Numbered from the stretch's first letter, positions 29,852 through 39,857 are shown. The stretch: 64,000 nt of DNA from Spirochaetota bacterium (GCA_035395685.1 DAOPBR010000004.1:2059-66058), one strand, 5' to 3'. Translations and numbers: made by a program. The notes: a model not told the origin generated them from the sequence alone.

Positions 29852-30874
29852 TCAGTTGAAGGAAACGGATTTATTCTCTGTGATACTTCGGATTATCAGT
29901 TCAACAGTATGTATATTTCTTACTGATTCATCTAAAGAAACAAGAGGTTTTGATTTGCCTTTCATGACGTCCAGGAAATTTTCTAACTGAAGCATGAATG
30001 AATTTGCTTCCTCAATCTCGTAACGGTCGGTCATTATATATCCCCATTTCTCTTTGCGGTGGAGGACGTTTATGAATATGTCGCCGCAAATTCCCCACGC
30101 TACCGGAAGTTGAATGATGCCGTTCGCGCAGCTGATGTGAAGCATTTGAGTAAAATTAGCGTGCTTGCTGCTTTCAATGAATGCGGCGATTCCGTTTTCA
30201 TATGATATCTGAGAAAAAACGCGGTCTATTACATCATAGTCTTTGTTGTGATTGCCGGATGCGAATATTGTCAAAGGTTCGCTTCCGCTGAAATAGTTGG
30301 CTGCATTAACGCAATAGCTCATCCAGTCATGAGTTACACCGCCGCCGCATTCTTTTCTGTAGCGCCAGTCCTGTGAGTTCAGTTTGTCTTTATGAGCTTC
30401 GGGTTCATAGTTGCTGAATGAAGCACGTATTGAATCAATTTTTCCCAAACCGGAAGAAAACGCAAGTTCTTCAACTTTTCTGATAGCCGGATGATGGCGG
30501 AACATGCAGCCTTCCATGAGAAAAGCACCGCAGCTGTTGACAAGATTGCGAATTTCATACGCATCTTTTGATGTTATGGTCAGAGATTTCTCGCAGAGGA
30601 TGTTTCTTGTTCCGGACGTAAGGCATTCTTTTATCTGTTCGAGATGCTGGTTCGGCCATGTGCAAAGAATAACCGCGTCGGGTTTCTCGGAGCTTATCAT
30701 CTCTGTTATATTTGTGTAAGGACGGCATTTATATTTTTCTGCCCAGATTTTTGCGCGGGAAGAATCAATATCGCAGCATGATGTAATAGTCACTTCAGGA
30801 AATGCCGCCGCTGCGTTTGCGTGAAGATGCGAATGTGCTCCGCAGCCAACAATTGAGATATTTATTTTTTCCAT
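29852..30874 (-). CDS. Gfo/Idh/MocA family NAD(P)-dependent oxidoreductase
   Basis: N-terminal Rossmann ISIVGCGAHSHLH..., EKP motif region. Confidence 0.85.
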   Translation of the reverse strand: MEKINISIVGCGAHSHLHANAAAAFPEVTITSCCDIDSSRAKIWAEKYKCRPYTNITEMISSEKPDAVILCTWPNQHLEQIKECLTSGTRNILCEKSLTITSKDAYEIRNLVNSCGAFLMEGCMFRHHPAIRKVEELAFSSGLGKIDSIRASFSNYEPEAHKDKLNSQDWRYRKECGGGVTHDWMSYCVNAANYFSGSEPLTIFASGNHNKDYDVIDRVFSQISYENGIAAFIESSKHANFTQMLHISCANGIIQLPVAWGICGDIFINVLHRKEKWGYIMTDRYEIEEANSFMLQLENFLDVMKGKSKPLVSLDESVRNIHTVELIIRSITENKSVSFN

Positions 30875-30885
30875 ATAAATTTCTC

Positions 30886-30920
30886 TAAAAAAAAAGGAGT
30901 TTCTTTCGAAACTCCTTTTT
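30886..30920. terminator. Bidirectional terminator downstream of the tRNA-Lys/tRNA-Glu pair
   Basis: A-run, GGAGTTTC-tttc-GAAACTCC, T-run. Confidence 0.65.
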
Positions 30921-30924
30921 GATG

Positions 30925-30997
30925 CACCCTCGAGGGGGTTCGAACCCCTGTTCCCGAGATGAAAACCCGGTGTCCTAGACCACTGAACGACGAGGGC
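30925..30997 (-). tRNA. tRNA-Glu (anticodon UUC)
   Basis: Minus-strand gccctcgtcgttcagtggtctaggacaccgggttttcatctcgggaacaggggttcgaaccccctcgagggtg closely parallels bacterial tRNA-Glu (GTCTAG.GG...AGGACACCG...TTTCA); G1-U72 wobble. Confidence 0.8.
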
Positions 30998-31000
30998 ATT

Positions 31001-31073
31001 TGAGACGCCCGGGAATCGAACCCGGTACCCACTGCTTAAAAGGCAGTTGCTCTACCGAATGAGCTAGCGTCTC
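31001..31073 (-). tRNA. tRNA-Lys (anticodon UUU), separated from tRNA-Glu by 3 nt
   Basis: Perfect 7-bp acceptor GAGACGC/GCGTCTC, D-arm GCTC/GAGC, anticodon loop cTTTTaa, T-arm CCGGG-TTCGATT-CCCGG. Confidence 0.9.
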
Positions 31074-31352
31074 AGCGTGAATAACCAAATACTAAAGCGG
31101 TCATTATGTGTCAAACAAAATAATTGCAGAAAACAGGAAATAAGTATTCACGCAAAATTGTTTCAACGCTTGAAGCAATTTAAAAAAAGGCATGGAATCG
31201 TCAAGTAAATTAAGTTATATTATGATATAAAGATGAAAAAATATTAGATGAAGATTAAATTTATTAATAAAATCTCATTTCGTATCACTTTCTATAAACC
31301 ACTTGACAGTATATTGCCGATAATGAAATAGATGTAATTTGAGGAGATTTTG

Positions 31353-32366
31353 ATGCGGCTTAACCCGTTCAGGGAAACAAATTTTAATGATCTTCAGCAG
31401 AATCTGAATTATCTTCTTGCGGAGCGTAAAGACTCAGTAAAGAAGCGTTTTTCTGATTGGCTTGCTGCTGTCCGCAAAAAGGGAAATGAAAGAATCACCC
31501 TCATGTTTATCCCTCATTCTGAGAAAAAAATTGTTAATTTTCATATATCGATGTATACCGTTACGATAGTTTTGTCTTTATTTGCGGTTATTATTGTCGT
31601 AACTTCTCTTACTATCCTCAATCATACTTCAACGGTTAAGGAAGTGGACAAGCTGGAGCTTTATGAAAGCGACTATGCTAACCAGATAGAAATGTACAAA
31701 GAGGAAATTAACAGGCTTTATTCTGTTTTTAAGAAATTTGACGATCAGGCAGATCCTCTTTTCCGTTTTACTCCGGAAGGATCATCTTTTTCATCAGGAA
31801 AGGGCGGCGGATCTGAACAGCCTCCGTCAGATTCACCTTCTCCTTCAATAGAGTCTTTAACCATTGAAGAAATCGAACAGGAATTTAAAGCTTCAAAGGA
31901 CAAGCTTCTCGTCATTAAAAGATTTATGGAAAGCAGGGCAAAAGTCATAGAGAATACGCCTTCGCTTTGGCCTGTTAACGGAAATATAATCACAGCATTC
32001 GGTGATTCGAAGTCATCTTCTCTTTCCGGCAGCGGAGAGAGGGCTCTGGGTGTTGATATCGCAGCATATCCGGGATCTGAAATAAAAGTATCTGCTCCTG
32101 GAACGGTTGAATCGATAGTTTGGGATTCTGTTTACGGCTTGAGAATAACTGTTTCTCATAAATACGGGTATTCAACGATTTACTCGTATTGTCAGAGGGT
32201 TACGGTTGATGTCGGGCAGAAACTCAGCAAAGGTGAAATCATCGGATATGTAGGTAAAACAGGCAGAGCTGCGAGGTACATGCTTCATTATCAGATAAGA
32301 ATAGGCACAAATTATGCCGATCCTCTTCCTTATTTAAATAAAATTTCCCTTGATTCGAAGATCTGA
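31353..32366 (+). CDS. M23/LytM-domain protein with N-terminal TM and coiled coil (EnvC-like); catalytic His/Asp residues appear substituted (likely non-catalytic amidase activator)
   Basis: C-terminal LytM fold region; HxxxD replaced by A/L-G-V-D and HxH by M-L-H. Confidence 0.7.
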   Translation: MRLNPFRETNFNDLQQNLNYLLAERKDSVKKRFSDWLAAVRKKGNERITLMFIPHSEKKIVNFHISMYTVTIVLSLFAVIIVVTSLTILNHTSTVKEVDKLELYESDYANQIEMYKEEINRLYSVFKKFDDQADPLFRFTPEGSSFSSGKGGGSEQPPSDSPSPSIESLTIEEIEQEFKASKDKLLVIKRFMESRAKVIENTPSLWPVNGNIITAFGDSKSSSLSGSGERALGVDIAAYPGSEIKVSAPGTVESIVWDSVYGLRITVSHKYGYSTIYSYCQRVTVDVGQKLSKGEIIGYVGKTGRAARYMLHYQIRIGTNYADPLPYLNKISLDSKI

Positions 32367-33344
32367 ATCTTTGGCATAAACTTCACAAGTTAAATCCGAA
32401 AACAATTTTTTAGAGTAGTAGTGATAACCCAGACCTGCAACCATAGCCGCGTTGTCCGTACACAGAACAGGTTCAGGAATGAAAACATTAATATCATGTA
32501 ATTCAGAAAGCCTTTCTCTAAGTCTGGAATTTGCAGCAACACCGCCTGCAACAACGACATTTTTTATTCCGAATTTTTCTGAAGCCAAAACAAGACGTGA
32601 TATGAGAATTTCGACCGCGCTTTCCTGAAAGGCGTAAACAATTTCTTCTTTATCCGCATCGGGATTGTTTGATATATAGTTTACAACTGCAGTTTTAAGA
32701 CCTGAATAAGAAAAATCAAACGGATCATTCTTCATGTTCACGCGTTTAGGGAAAGAAATATCTTTGCGGATTGCCGATTTAGCCAGCCTGTCAATTATCG
32801 GGCCGCCCGGATAACCGAGATTCAGGAATTTTGAAACTTTATCATATGCTTCACCGACTGCATCATCGGTTGTTCTTCCTATCAGTGTTAAATCAGAAAT
32901 TCCCTTTACGAGATACAGAGCTGTATTTCCTCCGGAAATAAGCAGTCCGATAAATGGGAATTGCAGTTCGGGATTTGAAAGAAATGCCGCATAAAGATGA
33001 GATTCTATATGGCTGACCGTAATAAGCGGAATATTAAGAGTGTATGATATTGTCTTGGCGCTTTGTAGTGAAATCATCAGTGAGCCGATAAGACCGGGTC
33101 TGTTTGCACAGGAAACGAAGTCAAGATCGGAAAAGCTTATATCTGCATCATTCAGTGCATTCTGAATAACCCCGTTTATAAGCTCCAAATGGGCTCTGGA
33201 CGCAATTTCGGGAACAACTCCGAAGTATTCGCTGTGAAGATCAATCTGACTTGAAATTATATTAGAGCGTATGACCATGCCGTCTTCAACAACTGAGGCT
33301 GAAGTTTCATCGCATGAGCTTTCGAGTCCCAGACCAATAGCCAT
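32334..33344 (-). CDS. tsaD: tRNA N6-adenosine threonylcarbamoyltransferase
   Basis: MAIGLGLESSCDETSASVV...; Kae1/YgjD family motifs; 33-nt convergent overlap with the M23 gene. Confidence 0.9.
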   Translation of the reverse strand: MAIGLGLESSCDETSASVVEDGMVIRSNIISSQIDLHSEYFGVVPEIASRAHLELINGVIQNALNDADISFSDLDFVSCANRPGLIGSLMISLQSAKTISYTLNIPLITVSHIESHLYAAFLSNPELQFPFIGLLISGGNTALYLVKGISDLTLIGRTTDDAVGEAYDKVSKFLNLGYPGGPIIDRLAKSAIRKDISFPKRVNMKNDPFDFSYSGLKTAVVNYISNNPDADKEEIVYAFQESAVEILISRLVLASEKFGIKNVVVAGGVAANSRLRERLSELHDINVFIPEPVLCTDNAAMVAGLGYHYYSKKLFSDLTCEVYAKDSDLRIKGNFI

Positions 33345-34700
33345 TTATTTCGCTCCTGCAAGCGCTATTGCTTTATTAAGCTCAGAATCAAATTCAAGAT
33401 CATAAAGCGGCGAAGGTTCTGTTTTATTGATTTCTTTTTTTAAATAATAAAGCGCAATTGAAGGCGAAACTTTCAAGTTTTTCGATTCAAGAAGTGAAAG
33501 AAATTCCTGAGCGGTATCTTTGGTATATGCTTTTTTTGATTTAGCGAAATTTTCAAGAATTCCATCATTGAATACACGAGAAAGATTTTTCTTGTCATCG
33601 TCACTGTATTTCGGAAGTTCTACGGCAAAATCCGGTTCAATTCCTTTTTTGTGAATCATCGTACCGTTAGGAGTATAGTATTTTCTCATGGTAATTGTGA
33701 ATCCGGAGGTGTTTTCTTCAATATCAACTATCCTCTGAACAAGCGCCTTTCCAAAAGTTTTTTGTCCGATAAGCTTTGCTCTATTGTTGTCTTTAAGAGC
33801 TCCGGAAAAAACTTCCGAAGATGATGCGCTTCCTGAGTTCACCAGAAGAAGAACTTCTCCGGAATAGAGAGGATCTTTCAAAGATTTAAATTCCTCTCCA
33901 ACGCCGGTTCCTTCTTTTCCGCGTGTTGTAGTAATTACCTTACCTTTTGGTAGAAGCATATCTGCCATTGAAATTGAAGTTTCAAAATCTCCTCCGGGAT
34001 TATCTCTCAGGTCGATTATAATTTTTTTCGCAGTAGAGAGACTTTTGAGAGCTTTTTCAAATTCAACTCCTGTTTCGGCGTAAAAATGTGTTATTCTGAT
34101 ATATCCGATTCCGGGATGTTCTTTTAAAAATCCCGATTTTATACTTTTTATTTTTATTGGAGCTTTATCGATTTTAAATTCAATAGGCTCGTCGAACCCT
34201 TCCCGTTTGATTAATATTGAAACCTGGGAATTTTTATCTCTGATATCTTTTATCAAATCCTGATAATTATCACTTTTTACCTGTGTGCCGTTTAGCTGTA
34301 ATATAGTGTCTCCTGAGCGGATTCCCGACTTATGTGCAGGAGAATCTTCGATGGGAGATATTACAACAACAGAGTCATTTTTAATGGTAAGTTCGACGCC
34401 TATGCCGGTAAAGCGTCCGGTAACGCCGCCCTTGAAATCTGCATAATCAGTTTCGTCAAGAAACCGCGAATAAGGGTCGTTAAGAGATTGAAGCATTCCG
34501 CGCATAGCTCCGCGAAACAAAGTTTTGGGGCTCACGTTTTCAACGTATTCCGATTGAATTACCCTGTAAAGAAAGTGAAATTGATCGAGATACTTGAATG
34601 AGTTTTCCTGCTGGCTTTTAAGTAGGGAGAAAGTCATTCCGAACAAAAAACCAGAGATGAAAATTATGATGCCGAAATGCAGAAATCTTTTTTTATTCAT
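33345..34700 (-). CDS. ctp: Carboxyl-terminal processing protease (S41, with PDZ)
   Basis: PDZ segment and S41 catalytic region GASSSEVFSGALKDNNRAKLIGQKTFGKALVQ. Confidence 0.9.
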   Translation of the reverse strand: MNKKRFLHFGIIIFISGFLFGMTFSLLKSQQENSFKYLDQFHFLYRVIQSEYVENVSPKTLFRGAMRGMLQSLNDPYSRFLDETDYADFKGGVTGRFTGIGVELTIKNDSVVVISPIEDSPAHKSGIRSGDTILQLNGTQVKSDNYQDLIKDIRDKNSQVSILIKREGFDEPIEFKIDKAPIKIKSIKSGFLKEHPGIGYIRITHFYAETGVEFEKALKSLSTAKKIIIDLRDNPGGDFETSISMADMLLPKGKVITTTRGKEGTGVGEEFKSLKDPLYSGEVLLLVNSGSASSSEVFSGALKDNNRAKLIGQKTFGKALVQRIVDIEENTSGFTITMRKYYTPNGTMIHKKGIEPDFAVELPKYSDDDKKNLSRVFNDGILENFAKSKKAYTKDTAQEFLSLLESKNLKVSPSIALYYLKKEINKTEPSPLYDLEFDSELNKAIALAGAK

Positions 34701-34702
34701 GC

Positions 34703-34981
34703 TTACTTCTCGAATATATATTTGTAATCATCTGAGTGTTTATTCTGCATGTAGTTACAAAATAAATCAAAATCAATTTTATATTTTTTGAGATCATCTG
34801 CCAATATTGTTTTTTTCTCAGTTGAAGTTAATTTGTGATCTATTCCATTAACTGCAATTTTTTCAAATATCTGTTCTCTTAAAATAGTATAACTTTCTTC
34901 ATCCATTTGCGCTTTTGAACATGCTGTAAATGCCGCAGCGGCAATAAATATAATCATGATTATTTTTTTCACATTAGCCAT
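34703..34981 (-). CDS. Small lipoprotein, unknown function (first gene of ctp-tsaD operon)
   Basis: Lipobox FTACS; stop 2 nt before ctp start. Confidence 0.5.
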   Translation of the reverse strand: MANVKKIIMIIFIAAAAFTACSKAQMDEESYTILREQIFEKIAVNGIDHKLTSTEKKTILADDLKKYKIDFDLFCNYMQNKHSDDYKYIFEK

Positions 34982-35107
34982 CCTTTTTTGATAATACGTG
35001 ACCCTTATATAAAATCACAGTTAATATTTCAATATAAATATTCTCTGTCATATTGCGAAGGTTTTGCTTGACAGAGAGTTTGACGGCGAAAAAATAATTT
35101 AACGGCG

Positions 35108-36913
35108 GTGGTTATGGATTTAATTAGCAGATCACAGGTGAAAGATTCCGATAAATGGAATGTCGAACTTCTTTATTCATCTTTAGAAAATTGGGAAAAG
35201 GATTTTTCAACGGCTAAAGAAGAGATTGAAAAATATGCCTTTTTAAAAGGTAAAACCGGAAATTCTGCTGAAGATATGAAGCAGATAATCGAGTTTGATC
35301 TCAGTGTATCAAGGCTTGTTGACAAACTTTACACTTATGCTCATTTAAAAAGCGACGAGGATAAGACAAATAGTGTTTATCTTTCGCTTGTAGAAAGAGC
35401 GATGTCTCTTTATACAAAAGCAGGTGAACTTTCAAGTTTCATTCCTGTCGAGATTCAGGAAATTTCTGATGATAAAATTGCGGAATTTAAAAAATCTGAA
35501 GCATTAAAAGACTATATTTTCTACATTGATAAAATAATCCGGTATAAGCCTTACACTAGAAGTGCTGAAATAGAAGAGCTTCTTTCTGCTTCCGGTGATT
35601 TTTCGGATTCTGCCGCCGACATTTTCGGTCAGCTTGATAATGCGGATTTTACATTCGGTAAAATAAAGGATGAGACAGGAAAAGAAGTTGAACTGACTCA
35701 CGGAAATTTTATAAGATTTTTGATGAATAAATCTCTTGAAGTAAGAAAAAATTCATTTAAACAGTATTATTCTGTTTATGATGCTCACAAACATGCCTTA
35801 AGTTCAGCTTTTTATTCAAACTGCAAAAAAGATAAATTTTATTCTAAAGTGCGCGGTTACGAGTCATGTCTTGATTCCGCATTGTTTTCTGATGATGTAA
35901 AAAAGGAAGTGTATTTTTCACTTATCGAATCAGTGAAGAAAAATATTTCTCCTCTTTCTAAGTATGTAAATTTCAGAAAAGAATACCTGTCTCTTGATAA
36001 AATTCATTTCTATGACACATATGTTCCGCTTGTTGGAAAAATAGATTTTTCCATGGAATATGAAGAGGCGGTTGATACTTGCGTGAAGGCTCTTTCAATT
36101 CTCGGTGAACAATATACTTCTGTTTTAAGAGATGGACTTTTAAACGGCTGGGTTGACCGGTATGAAAATAAAGGGAAAAGAAGCGGCGCTTATTCTTCCG
36201 GTTGTTTTGATTCTCCTCCTTATATTCTTATGAATTATGATAAAAATAATATTAACTCACTGTATACATTGATTCATGAAGCCGGTCATTCAATGCATTC
36301 GTATTTATCGGCTAAGAATCAGCCTTATCATTATCACAGGTATACAATATTTGCCGCGGAGGTTGCATCGACTTTTAACGAGACTCTCTTAAGCGACTAT
36401 CTTCTTAAGAAGTATTCGGATAATGACGAAATGCGGGCTTATATATTAAACCGCGAGATTGACGATATAAGAGGCACTCTTTACAGGCAGACAATGTTTG
36501 CGGAATTCGAAATGATCATGCATCAGATGACGGAAAAAGATATTCCTCTTACGATAGATATTATCAGATCAGAATATCGAAAGCTTCTTGAGGCTTATTT
36601 CGGAGGTACAATCGAGATTGATCCGGAACTTGAACTGGAAGCTTTGAGGATACCTCATTTTTATAACTCATTCTATGTTTATAAATATGCAACAGGGATA
36701 TCTGCGGCGATCAGTCTTGCTGAAGATGTTTTAGATAAAGGTTCGCCTGCTGTTGAGAGATATATGAATTTTCTTTCAGCCGGAGGAAGAATGTTTCCTT
36801 TGGAGGCATTGAAGAGTGCAGGAGTTGACATGTCAAAACCTGAAACAGTAAATTCTGCACTAATTCATTTTTCAGAAAAAGTTGATGAATTTATTAGGGT
36901 GATGAAAAAATAG
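35108..36913 (+). CDS. pepF: Oligoendopeptidase F (M3B)
   Basis: HEAGHSMHS zinc motif and M3B-length ORF. Confidence 0.9.
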   Translation: MVMDLISRSQVKDSDKWNVELLYSSLENWEKDFSTAKEEIEKYAFLKGKTGNSAEDMKQIIEFDLSVSRLVDKLYTYAHLKSDEDKTNSVYLSLVERAMSLYTKAGELSSFIPVEIQEISDDKIAEFKKSEALKDYIFYIDKIIRYKPYTRSAEIEELLSASGDFSDSAADIFGQLDNADFTFGKIKDETGKEVELTHGNFIRFLMNKSLEVRKNSFKQYYSVYDAHKHALSSAFYSNCKKDKFYSKVRGYESCLDSALFSDDVKKEVYFSLIESVKKNISPLSKYVNFRKEYLSLDKIHFYDTYVPLVGKIDFSMEYEEAVDTCVKALSILGEQYTSVLRDGLLNGWVDRYENKGKRSGAYSSGCFDSPPYILMNYDKNNINSLYTLIHEAGHSMHSYLSAKNQPYHYHRYTIFAAEVASTFNETLLSDYLLKKYSDNDEMRAYILNREIDDIRGTLYRQTMFAEFEMIMHQMTEKDIPLTIDIIRSEYRKLLEAYFGGTIEIDPELELEALRIPHFYNSFYVYKYATGISAAISLAEDVLDKGSPAVERYMNFLSAGGRMFPLEALKSAGVDMSKPETVNSALIHFSEKVDEFIRVMKK

Positions 36914-36938
36914 ATAATAGCGGCGGATTATTCTGCCG

Positions 36939-37385
36939 CTATTTAAAAACACCGCAGCAGAAAATGAGACCTTTGTGGTTTTGGAAGTATGTAGTTTTAC
37001 TTTCAACTTTTCCTGTCTCAGGATTTTTGTATTTATAATCAACCCAGCCTGAGCCCTTTACTTTTGCATCTTCTACGATATTTTTGCGGAAATATTTTCC
37101 GTCAGCGTCAGGGACATTAAAAAGATTTCTTCCTATGAGCTTTTTGTTTTCAGGATGTGCCAGCATAACTGCGCTGTAGTCATAAATGAAAACGTAAATT
37201 CTGCCCTCCATGAATTTCCCGGCAGTAACGGCATTCAATGTTTCGTCTTTTCCGTTTTTGTCATAAAAGTTTATCGCTTTTTTAACCAATGAAACCGCTT
37301 TATCATATTCAGATTCCTTTGAAGTAGAAGCCGAAAAAAAGAGAAGGGAGACAGAAACAAACAAACAAATTGTTTTCATATACAC
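36939..37385 (-). CDS. Periplasmic single Cache-like domain protein
   Basis: Signal peptide; GWVDYKYKNPETGKVESKTTYF motif typical of sCache domains. Confidence 0.5.
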   Translation of the reverse strand: MYMKTICLFVSVSLLFFSASTSKESEYDKAVSLVKKAINFYDKNGKDETLNAVTAGKFMEGRIYVFIYDYSAVMLAHPENKKLIGRNLFNVPDADGKYFRKNIVEDAKVKGSGWVDYKYKNPETGKVESKTTYFQNHKGLIFCCGVFK

Positions 37386-37524
37386 TCCATAAGATTTGGC
37401 AAATTATATTTGTCTGCTGTAATAAATCAAGTCAAAAGTTAAATTTGTAATTGTAAAAAGGGGCTGTTGTATATTAAGTGATTCTTAAACCATTTTTGTT
37501 AAACATTTAAAAGGGGAGAAGGTA

Positions 37525-37797
37525 ATGAGTATTTTTGAAATGGGAATGATGATCGCATTCGGTTTTGCCTGGCCGTTTTCTATTTATAAAAGTTATAAAT
37601 CTAAATCGACAAAAGGAAAATCGATACATTTTCTATTGATTGTTGTTTTCGGATATGTTTGCGGATTGATTCATAAAGTACTGTATAATCCGGACATTGT
37701 TATAATATTCTATGCTTTGAATGCGTTGATGGTAGCGGTTGATTCTTTTCTTTATCTGAAAAATGCAATAAACGAAAAGAAAGCAAAAGCAGACTGA
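37525..37797 (+). CDS. Small 3-TM membrane protein, distant SemiSWEET/PQ-loop-like (PQ replaced by PF)
   Basis: 90 aa, three hydrophobic helices, WPFSIYKSYKSKSTKG loop resembles PQ-loop region. Confidence 0.4.
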   Translation: MSIFEMGMMIAFGFAWPFSIYKSYKSKSTKGKSIHFLLIVVFGYVCGLIHKVLYNPDIVIIFYALNALMVAVDSFLYLKNAINEKKAKAD

Positions 37798-37820
37798 GAA
37801 ATCTGCCTTTGCTATAAAAT

Positions 37821-37880
37821 AACTTTATTAACTTTATTAACTTTATTAACTTTATTAACTTTATTAACTTTATTAACTTT
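37821..37880. repeat. Tandem repeat of 9-bp unit AACTTTATT x about 6.5, abutting/overlapping the stop codon of the ClpX-like gene
   Basis: Directly visible: aactttatt aactttatt aactttatt aactttatt aactttatt aactttatt aactttg. Confidence 0.95.
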
Positions 37881-39354
37881 GATAGCTTTTTCTAATATAT
37901 TCCTCTATAAAGCTTTGAGGTGATTCCGCAGCCTGAACGGTTATTCTGAATTCTTCAAGTTTCATAAGTTTTATGGCGTAAGGAAAATCATGAAACAGGT
38001 CTTCGCAGATGCGTTTCATGCTTTTTTTGCTGTCTTTTGCTTTTTTTTCAATTACCGTTACTGCTTCATCATCGAAACTCAGATGTATTCCGTGAGATGC
38101 GAGAAAATCACGCTGGTATCCGCGAATGCTGTCAGTGCGCATTATTTCAGAAAGAACACCTTCGGGATCATTGATGAGTTTGTCGTCAACCGTCAGCTTT
38201 TTGATTTCAAGTGAAGGCAGAACTTTTTCATAATTTATAAGAAGGCGTTCAACAACAGTCATCAGTGCGCGTGCGCCTGTTTTTTGCTTAGATGCTTCCT
38301 TTGCGAAGAATTTCAGAGCTTCATCCTCAAATTCGACATCGATTCCATAAGATTTGAAATCGAGTTTTTTGCTGTTGATAACGGCGCTGTAAGGGTTCTG
38401 AAGAATTTTATACAGTTTGTCTTCATCGACTTCATTAAGCGTTACTATTATAGGAAGACGGCCTACAAATTCTGATTCGAAGCCGAAATCAACAAGATCC
38501 TGAGTTGTAACTGTTTTAAAAAGTTCGGTTAATGAATAGTCTGTTTTTTTATTTTCCGTTCCGTCAAATCCGATTGTTTTATAGTCAAGACGTTTCTTTA
38601 TAATCTTGTCGAGATTGCTGAACGCGCCGGAAACAATGAACAGGATGTTCTTTGTGTTAATCTTTTTTCTGGAAACTTTTCCCGTACGCTGTGCTTCCAT
38701 GGCCGCTTCAACCTGACTAGCAAGGTCATGAGGTGTTTTGAGATCGACTTCAGATTCCTCCATCAGTTTCAAAAGATTACGCTGAACTCCTCCCCGCGAA
38801 ACATCCGGACCGTTGCTGTTTCCGCCTGAAGCTATCTTGTCTATTTCATCAAGATATATTATTCCATACTCTGCTTTTGCGATATCGCCCTCGGCTTCAT
38901 GAACCAGTTCGCGGACAAGATCTTCAACGTCACCGCCGACATATCCTGTTTCGCTGAACTTTGTTGCATCGGCTTTTATGAAAGGAACGCCGAGTTTTTT
39001 TGCGATCAGTTTTATGATGTACGTTTTACCGATTCCTGTAGGGCCGATAAGCAGAATGTTGCTTTTGATATTTCCGACAATTCTTTCATCTTCAGGTATT
39101 GAAAGTTCGAGTTTCATTCTGTTGAAGTGGGTGCAGACTTTTGTGGAAATGACACCGATCGCTTCTTCCTGCCCAACGACATATTTATTAAGAAAGCTTT
39201 CGAGTTCTTCCGGTTTCATATCAAAACGAATTTCGCTTCTATGTGTGCGGTCGCCTTCTTTCGATCCTACCGGATTAGGTTTTTCCGGAACTGATTCAAT
39301 CTCTTTGAAAAGTTCCTTTAGCTCTTCGTTTGCGTCAAATACCGGTTTTGGCAT
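37873..39354 (-). CDS. ClpX-like AAA+ unfoldase/ATPase lacking the N-terminal zinc-finger; has about 60-aa N- and about 80-aa C-terminal extensions
   Basis: Walker A LLIGPTGIGKT, ...ADATKFSETGYVGGDVE, Walker B GIIYLDEIDK, sensor RGGVQRNLLKLMEES; no I-domain between Walker A and B so not HslU. Confidence 0.7.
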   Translation of the reverse strand: MPKPVFDANEELKELFKEIESVPEKPNPVGSKEGDRTHRSEIRFDMKPEELESFLNKYVVGQEEAIGVISTKVCTHFNRMKLELSIPEDERIVGNIKSNILLIGPTGIGKTYIIKLIAKKLGVPFIKADATKFSETGYVGGDVEDLVRELVHEAEGDIAKAEYGIIYLDEIDKIASGGNSNGPDVSRGGVQRNLLKLMEESEVDLKTPHDLASQVEAAMEAQRTGKVSRKKINTKNILFIVSGAFSNLDKIIKKRLDYKTIGFDGTENKKTDYSLTELFKTVTTQDLVDFGFESEFVGRLPIIVTLNEVDEDKLYKILQNPYSAVINSKKLDFKSYGIDVEFEDEALKFFAKEASKQKTGARALMTVVERLLINYEKVLPSLEIKKLTVDDKLINDPEGVLSEIMRTDSIRGYQRDFLASHGIHLSFDDEAVTVIEKKAKDSKKSMKRICEDLFHDFPYAIKLMKLEEFRITVQAAESPQSFIEEYIRKSYQS

Positions 39355-39637
39355 GATTAATCCTCTTAATATTTTATATCCACAATACCAGAATAATATA
39401 ATAACGGGCTTTCTTCAATACTCTTTTGGCAGTTTTGCTAAAATAATTTATTTTTCTTCAAAAGAAGAGAAATTGTCATAATGGAAACTGAAGAAAAAGC
39501 CATTGAGCTTCCGGTTGCGAGCGGATACAGAAGTCCGTATACCTAAAGATGTCTTTCGAGACAATTGCAGAAAATGCTCAGAACAGATATAGTCTGATTC
39601 TATTTATTAAAGTAGAAGAAAGATTTATTACATTCTC

Positions 39638-39856
39638 TCATCTTTTTAATACTTCCTTAAAAACATATCCTGCAGATTCAACTGCAGTTTTGAATTCATT
39701 ATCAGATATATCTTTGTCGGACAGAATTTCTGCTGATTTATCCTTTGCCGAAGCCTTAATTTTCATTTTCGGATCAAGACTCGACAATGTATTTTCTATG
39801 TGATTTTCGCAATGTGAACAGCTCATTCCTTCTATTACGACTATGTATTTTTTCAT
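39638..39856 (-). CDS. copZ: Copper chaperone, heavy-metal-associated domain
   Basis: GMSCSHCENHIE metal-binding motif (MxCxxC). Confidence 0.8.
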   Translation of the reverse strand: MKKYIVVIEGMSCSHCENHIENTLSSLDPKMKIKASAKDKSAEILSDKDISDNEFKTAVESAGYVFKEVLKR

Positions 39857-39857
39857 T

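Noticed and set aside
37821-37880. CRISPR array
   Set aside because: 9-bp head-to-tail units with no spacers; a simple tandem repeat, not CRISPR.
37873-39354. HslU call
   Set aside because: No I-domain insertion between Walker A and B and no hslV neighbour; ClpX-like but without zinc finger, so left as ClpX-like AAA+ ATPase.
38978-39481. 167-aa + strand ORF
   Set aside because: Antisense to the conserved ClpX-like AAA+ gene; low-complexity Ser/Phe-rich translation.
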